13,575 nt of DNA from Fibrobacteria bacterium. GTDB lineage: Bacteria > Fibrobacterota > Chitinivibrionia > Chitinivibrionales > FEN-1185. Both the position numbers and the translations under genes were made by a program. The first letter of the stretch is position 1. The number at the start of each line of letters is the position of its first letter. The notes below the pieces were generated by a model, which did not search any database, was not told the DNA's origin, and saw nothing but the letters and a program-made list of their open reading frames with translations. Shown piece by piece: positions 8,576 to 13,575 of the stretch. The DNA lies in assembly GCA_037447435.1 (NCBI GenBank), contig JBBIGR010000069.1, positions 1,250 to 14,824 on the forward strand, in the 5' to 3' direction.

Positions 8576-10123
8576 TCACTTCACACCCTCGGTAACCACG
8601 GCCTTCTTTTTTGTCCTTTGCAGCAGGAACAACGGAACTATGCATAAGACCATAATTGTTGCTAATCTGTAAATATTGTTGTAGGTAAGCAACTGCGCCT
8701 GATTCATCACAATAGTCTCAATGGTTTTCAGGGCGAGGTTTTGCGCCTGTTCTAATCCTAACCCCTTACCTAAAAACCCCTGAACATAACCCTGATAACG
8801 ATCCTGAAACAGAGGATTGTACTGGTTGACATTTTCAATGAGGATATTTCTGTACGTACTCGTTTGTATTTGCAGAACGGTTGCAAACAGCGCCACCCCT
8901 AATGTTCCACCCAATTGCCTTGCCAAATTATTAAGCCCGGTTCCTTGTCCTATTTCCTTACCTGTCAAATCCTGCAGCGCAAGCACACCGAAAGGAACAA
9001 ACAAAAAGGATCGTCCTATTCCAAGAAGTATCATTGGCCAGAAAAAGTAAGAAGCTCCGGTTTCTAAAGTAGCGCCCGACATCATAAACATGCAGATTGC
9101 CATAAAAACAACGCCGGTCATGGCAAGGAGATGTCCCGGCACTCCCTTTTTATGCATTGCCCCAACCAAAGGCATGACAAAAACGGAGACAATGGTGCTT
9201 GGCACTAAAAGCATTCCCGTTTGTTGCGCCGTGAGGCGAAGCATGTTCTGGCAAAAGAGGGGAAATGCAAACATTGAACAATAGAGGATTAATCCAAAAA
9301 GCAGCATGATAATATTGCCAATAGTAAACGTACCGTGCCGAAATATAGAGAAATCCAGAATCGGATGATCTATGACCAGTTCGCGCCAAACAAAGCAGAT
9401 TCCGCCAACTATTGCTGTGGCCGAAAGGACAATGATGTACGTTGCTTGAAACCATGCTTCCGCCTGTCCTCTTTCCAATACAGTTTGCAGAGAGCCAATG
9501 GTGATTGTTAAAAGCAGGATTCCCCACCAATCGACAGGTTGCCCTTTCCCTTCTTTTGGACTCTGCCTCATGAAGGTTGACACGAGAAATGCCGCCACGA
9601 TACCCACCGGGATATTTATAAAGAATATCCATTGCCATGACATATGATCGACGATGTACCCACCGAGCGTAGGGCCGATTGCCGGGCCGATCATTACGCC
9701 CATTCCAAAAATCGCCGTAGCCATACCCCATTCTTTTTTGGGCCACGTATCCATGAGCATTGCTTGCCCTGTTGAGAGAAGACCGCCACCAGCCAAACCT
9801 TGCAAAAGGCGAAACACGACAAGCTCCACCAAGTTTGAGGCATTACCACAGAGAAAAGATGCTACGGTAAAAACGATAATTGACGTTAGAAAATATTGTT
9901 TCTTCCCGAATCGATTTCCGATCCACCCGCTTATTGGCAGAATGATAACATTTGCCAGCATGTAGATCGTTACTACCCACCCAACATCCGCCACGGTTGC
10001 ACCGAGCGACCCCATTATGTTTGTCAATGCCACATTGACAACAGTAGAGTCGATGATTTCGAGCAGCACCCCAGCCACAATCGTAGCGGTGATGACCCAT
10101 TTTCTTATGCCGGTTTCAGCCAT
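8576..10123 (-). CDS. DHA2-family (EmrB/QacA) MFS efflux permease
   Basis: 515 aa, highly hydrophobic. Motifs: EIIDSTVVNVAL, GNRFGKK (motif A), FRLLQGLAGG, GPAIGPTLGG (motif C), WIFFINIPVG. Confidence 0.95.
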   Translation of the reverse strand: MAETGIRKWVITATIVAGVLLEIIDSTVVNVALTNIMGSLGATVADVGWVVTIYMLANVIILPISGWIGNRFGKKQYFLTSIIVFTVASFLCGNASNLVELVVFRLLQGLAGGGLLSTGQAMLMDTWPKKEWGMATAIFGMGVMIGPAIGPTLGGYIVDHMSWQWIFFINIPVGIVAAFLVSTFMRQSPKEGKGQPVDWWGILLLTITIGSLQTVLERGQAEAWFQATYIIVLSATAIVGGICFVWRELVIDHPILDFSIFRHGTFTIGNIIMLLFGLILYCSMFAFPLFCQNMLRLTAQQTGMLLVPSTIVSVFVMPLVGAMHKKGVPGHLLAMTGVVFMAICMFMMSGATLETGASYFFWPMILLGIGRSFLFVPFGVLALQDLTGKEIGQGTGLNNLARQLGGTLGVALFATVLQIQTSTYRNILIENVNQYNPLFQDRYQGYVQGFLGKGLGLEQAQNLALKTIETIVMNQAQLLTYNNIYRLATIMVLCIVPLFLLQRTKKKAVVTEGVK

Positions 10124-10158
10124 ATCATCCTTCTTCCGATTTTGCCGTTCGCTGACTT

Positions 10159-11205
10159 TTATCTGATGGAAACATCCGCATTCACACTCATACCCGGACG
10201 TAATACGGCTTTGGAATTATCATTCAAATTCAGGGCAATTCGAACCGGCATACGCTGAACGACTTTGACAAAGTTGCCGGTCGCGTTATCTGGTGGCAGC
10301 AAGGAGAACTTGGCCCCTGTTGCACCGCAAAATGACACCACATGTCCCGTTAAGCCAAGATCCGGGTAGGCATCTGTTTTGATATTTACATTTGCTCCAA
10401 CATGGAGTTTGCGCACTTGTGTTTCTTTGAAATTTGCCGTAACGTACATATTATCAGTATTGACAATAGTAAGTAGGGGTGAGCCAGCTTGCACAAGTTG
10501 TCCGGTCTGGATGGCACGCTTTGATACGATTCCATTTACCGGCGCGATAACAGTAGTGTACGACAATTGCAGCCGCGCATAATCGACATCCGCTTGCCTT
10601 TGCCGTATTGTGGCTGCTGCTCCGTCCACCTGCTTCTCTGCCACCACCGCCATTTTTGCAACACCCGCCAACTGCGCATTTACTGTTTCCAATTGCACTT
10701 CAGCGGCATCCATTTCTGCTTTTGAGTCATCGACTTTTTGCTGCGTTGTTGCTTGATTATCCAAAAGCTGCTTGTACCGGTTATAATCTTCGGTTGCTTT
10801 ACGTAGACGCACCTTTGCCGCGTTGATATTACTCTCTGCTGTTGGGATATTTGTTTTGGATGAGTTGGCGTTTTCCTGTGAAATGTTCGTATTCACACGG
10901 GCAGCTTCAAGGGCGGCTTCCGCCTGTTCGACCCTGATTCTATAATCACTATCGTCAATAATAACGAGAGTGTCTCCCGCATGAACATCCTGATTGTCGG
11001 TAAAGCGAATGCTCTTTACACACCCCCCTGCCCTGGCGGTTATCGGGTTGATGTCTGCGTCAATCTGCGCGTTGTCGGTGGATGTAAATTGATAAGAACG
11101 GTACAGGGCATGGATTCCTATAATGAGCCCAACTACCACGACCGCTCCCAGAATAATGGGCATGATAGTTTTGGCTTTCTTTTTCAGTTTCGCGGTTTGT
11201 TCCAT
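10159..11205 (-). CDS. EmrA/HlyD-family periplasmic adaptor (membrane fusion protein)
   Basis: N-terminal TM helix, STDNAQI, a coiled-coil hairpin, ANFKETQ, and TGAKFSLLPPDNATGNFVKVVQRMPVRI (EmrA signature). SD AGGAGG. Confidence 0.95.
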   Translation of the reverse strand: MEQTAKLKKKAKTIMPIILGAVVVVGLIIGIHALYRSYQFTSTDNAQIDADINPITARAGGCVKSIRFTDNQDVHAGDTLVIIDDSDYRIRVEQAEAALEAARVNTNISQENANSSKTNIPTAESNINAAKVRLRKATEDYNRYKQLLDNQATTQQKVDDSKAEMDAAEVQLETVNAQLAGVAKMAVVAEKQVDGAAATIRQRQADVDYARLQLSYTTVIAPVNGIVSKRAIQTGQLVQAGSPLLTIVNTDNMYVTANFKETQVRKLHVGANVNIKTDAYPDLGLTGHVVSFCGATGAKFSLLPPDNATGNFVKVVQRMPVRIALNLNDNSKAVLRPGMSVNADVSIR

Positions 11206-11240
11206 TCGTGCCTCCTAAAAACATCTGGTGAATAGTTGAC

Positions 11241-12584
11241 TTAATTTACTGATAGCTTTTCCAGCAAAACGCCCTTTGCCTTTTGTAATGCCAGTTCGGC
11301 AAATAGCTTGTCGGCAAGGGCACTTAAATATTGTCGCTGTGATTCCAAAAGCGATGATTCGGCATTCAGCAAATCGGATAGGGTTGCCGTCCCGGTTTTA
11401 TACTCCGCCGATGTCGCATTGTACACTTCTTTTGCCAATTCCCGGTTCTCACTTTGGCTTTTTATCCTGCTGATACTGTATGTCAAGTGGTTTGTTTCAT
11501 CTTGAATTTCTTTGTCTGCCGTTGAAACCAGCAGCGCTTTTGTGTTTTTGATTTTAGCCATCTCGATTCGACTCTGGGCTAACTGAGCTTTTTTACGGAG
11601 TCCGTCGAACAACGGGAGATCAAGCGAAAGATTAACGTATGAGGATCTGTACCAATCGGAGTTAATTTTTGCAAAATCGTTTCCATAGAAGTCTTCGCCA
11701 TATTGCACGTTGAGCGAAAGCACCGGCATATATCCGGCCATCTGGTGATCAATGTCCAATACTTTTAGTCTTTCCTGAGTTTCAAGGATTTTCCAGTCGA
11801 ATCGATTTTGAATCTCGACTGACTCGGTTTCTTGCCCAAAGAGGGGCGAGTCGGTGATACTGTCCTGAATGACAAGCCGCGAGCCATTTGGTATGCCAAG
11901 GAGCAACTTCAGATCGCTCAATTGCTGTTGGGTAATATTATCAAAATTTTCTACCTGAGTGGCGATATTTGTCTGATTCACTTTTATTCTATCCATATCA
12001 CTTTTTTTCGTCACACCGCTCTGAAACTGAATTGCAGCAATTTTTAAAAGGCTCTGGTAATTTTCCAATTGCTTTTGCAAAAACTCAGTTTGTTTGGCGC
12101 TAAGCATTGCATTGAAATAGGCAAGTGCAATTTGCATGGCAATACTCTCTTTTGTTTTTTGGAGAGTTTGCCTTGATAATTGTTCAGATATTTTTGCGGC
12201 TTTTAAGCCCACGAAAAAGGTTTGGTCGAAAAGGAGTTGGTGAGCTTGGACAGACCCTGTTGCGTTATAGGTAACGCCCTCCACCATAGCTATAAGCGTC
12301 CCCGGCGTACCTCCAAGTGCTTCAGCAGGAATGACCGTTGTAGGAACAATAAGATTGTCGTTTATTCTCCCGGATGCTTTGATTTGTGGCAACCCGGTAC
12401 TTAATATTTCTTTACTTCGCTGGCGCTGGCCATCGACATCAAGCTGAGCGTTGAGGATATTGGCGTTGCCTTTTAGGCCAAGTTTGACTGCTTGGGAAAG
12501 GCTCCTGATTTCGAGCCTGTCCTGCGCAGCTACTTGAAATACGACAAGTGCCCCCAGCAGCCCGAACGCAAATAGTTTCATCAT
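11241..12584 (-). CDS. TolC-family outer membrane efflux protein
   Basis: Signal peptide, LPQIKAS, LSLDLPLFDG, YKTGTATLSDLLNAE. It lies directly upstream of the emrA- and emrB-like genes. Confidence 0.92.
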   Translation of the reverse strand: MMKLFAFGLLGALVVFQVAAQDRLEIRSLSQAVKLGLKGNANILNAQLDVDGQRQRSKEILSTGLPQIKASGRINDNLIVPTTVIPAEALGGTPGTLIAMVEGVTYNATGSVQAHQLLFDQTFFVGLKAAKISEQLSRQTLQKTKESIAMQIALAYFNAMLSAKQTEFLQKQLENYQSLLKIAAIQFQSGVTKKSDMDRIKVNQTNIATQVENFDNITQQQLSDLKLLLGIPNGSRLVIQDSITDSPLFGQETESVEIQNRFDWKILETQERLKVLDIDHQMAGYMPVLSLNVQYGEDFYGNDFAKINSDWYRSSYVNLSLDLPLFDGLRKKAQLAQSRIEMAKIKNTKALLVSTADKEIQDETNHLTYSISRIKSQSENRELAKEVYNATSAEYKTGTATLSDLLNAESSLLESQRQYLSALADKLFAELALQKAKGVLLEKLSVN

Positions 12585-12605
12585 AATGGCATCCCCTTAC
12601 ATTAA

Positions 12606-12619
12606 ACCGAACATTCGGT
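12606..12619. promoter_or_regulatory. Putative TetR operator upstream of tolC-like gene
   Basis: Palindrome ACCGAA-CA-TTCGGT, similar to the site upstream of tetR. Confidence 0.6.
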
Positions 12620-12640
12620 CTATAATAGTGACAAAAAAAA

Positions 12641-13240
12641 TCATGCTTTTATTTGATTGTAAAACCCATCCCAAATTTCAGTGATTTCTTTTCCCATTTC
12701 CTCTACTGTCCCATTGCTCATAATCAGCCGCATTCCGACACCATCTGTTGTGAAAACAAAAAGCTTGGCGATCTGATCATCCGTCATAACCGACTTAATC
12801 TCACCTTTTCCCCTTGCAATTCGGACAATTTCCGTCCACGCAACAAGTTCACGCTCCTGATGTTCAAGTGACTTCTTCCGAAAGGATGGAAAAATTCGTA
12901 TCCCCTCTAATATCAAGAAGATGTAGTTCATATCACCTAACATATGCGTTTGATTTTTTTCAGCAGATAGGGCTTTATTCCCAACATCAAGAAGCATATC
13001 CCGGCCAAACTGGTAAAGGGAATCGTGGGAATAGCTTGAGAAATCCTGTTCCATAAAATTTGAATAATACTCATTGAGAATGGCTAAAAACAATGCTTCT
13101 TTACTATCGAAATAATGGTAGAAAGCACCTTTCGACATTTCGGTTGCTTTCACGATTTCGTTCATCGTGACACCCTTAAAACTGTTCTTGAGGAACAATC
13201 TCAGCGCGACATTAAGAATATGTTCTTTTGTGTTTTTCAT
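12641..13240 (-). CDS. TetR/AcrR-family transcriptional regulator
   Basis: N-terminal HTH: TKEHILNVALRLF...VTMNEIVKATEMSKGAFYHYFDSKEALF. 199 aa. Confidence 0.96.
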   Translation of the reverse strand: MKNTKEHILNVALRLFLKNSFKGVTMNEIVKATEMSKGAFYHYFDSKEALFLAILNEYYSNFMEQDFSSYSHDSLYQFGRDMLLDVGNKALSAEKNQTHMLGDMNYIFLILEGIRIFPSFRKKSLEHQERELVAWTEIVRIARGKGEIKSVMTDDQIAKLFVFTTDGVGMRLIMSNGTVEEMGKEITEIWDGFYNQIKA

Positions 13241-13244
13241 AATA

Positions 13245-13291
13245 ATACCGACCGTTTGGTATAATATAACTCAAAAAGCTGTTGGATGCAA
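13245..13291 (-). promoter_or_regulatory. tetR promoter and operator
   Basis: Minus strand: TTGCAT (13291-13286), 17 bp, TATATT (13268-13263). The imperfect palindrome ATACCGACCGTTTGGTAT (13245-13262) lies immediately downstream, over the expected transcription start. Confidence 0.7.
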
Positions 13292-13311
13292 GCATTTTAA
13301 TGAGCTAGTCA

Positions 13312-13341
13312 TTGACGATCTACATTCGATCATGATAAACT
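13312..13341 (+). promoter_or_regulatory. Possible divergent sigma70 promoter
   Basis: TTGACG (13312-13317), 18 bp, TG-n-TAAACT extended -10 (13333-13341), upstream of ATG 13413. Confidence 0.4.
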
Positions 13342-13412
13342 AAGAAATCCGCATATCGCATCGGTTACTTTCCATATAGAACCAATTTCAGCTTAACAAG
13401 AAAGAAAACCCT

Positions 13413-13575
13413 ATGTTTAAAAACCAAAAAATCGCAACCAAAATTACGATAATGATGCTGGTATCCATCCTTGTCGTATCAACAGCCCTGTCGATTCAAT
13501 CCATCTTCTCACTTAAAGGCCTGCCTATTCTTGCCCATTCGGCACCCCATTATCGTTTGATCCGGCATGGTACAG
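13413..13575 (+). CDS. 5' end of a membrane protein resembling a methyl-accepting chemotaxis protein or sensor kinase N-terminus (runs off the window)
   Basis: MFKNQKIATKITIMMLVSILVVSTALSIQSIFSLKG...: a basic KIxTK leader followed by one TM helix. The frame is open to the window end. Confidence 0.5.
   Translation, partial: MFKNQKIATKITIMMLVSILVVSTALSIQSIFSLKGLPILAHSAPHYRLIRHGT

Noticed and set aside
9150..9746. 198-aa alternative-frame ORF within the emrB-like gene
   Set aside because: It is fully nested in a well-supported MFS gene and has no protein-like motifs.

Overview
This is a bacterial window with mostly minus-strand genes. At the left is an AT-rich, horizontally acquired-looking block: the 3' part of a gene with a C-terminal PD-(D/E)XK (Shedu/restriction-like) nuclease domain. 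Directly after its TAG stop, in the same frame, is a 71-codon fragment resembling the C-terminus of a TraB/Tiki-superfamily protein. An ~82-bp attC-like imperfect hairpin follows, containing the stop codon of a convergent fused nucleotidyltransferase (MNT)-HEPN gene. Next is a peroxide-stress operon (perR-like, rubrerythrin, katG) with a visible sigma70 promoter and a palindromic operator, then an orphan GNAT-like gene with a structured leader. A co-oriented block follows: tetR, tolC-like, emrA-like, emrB-like, SAM methyltransferase, iron-sulfur flavoprotein and flavin reductase, with two related TetR-type palindromes. The window ends in the 5' end of a divergent chemoreceptor/sensor-like membrane protein. 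No rRNA, tRNA, CRISPR array, transposase or integrase was seen. All family calls come from motif reading, not database searches.
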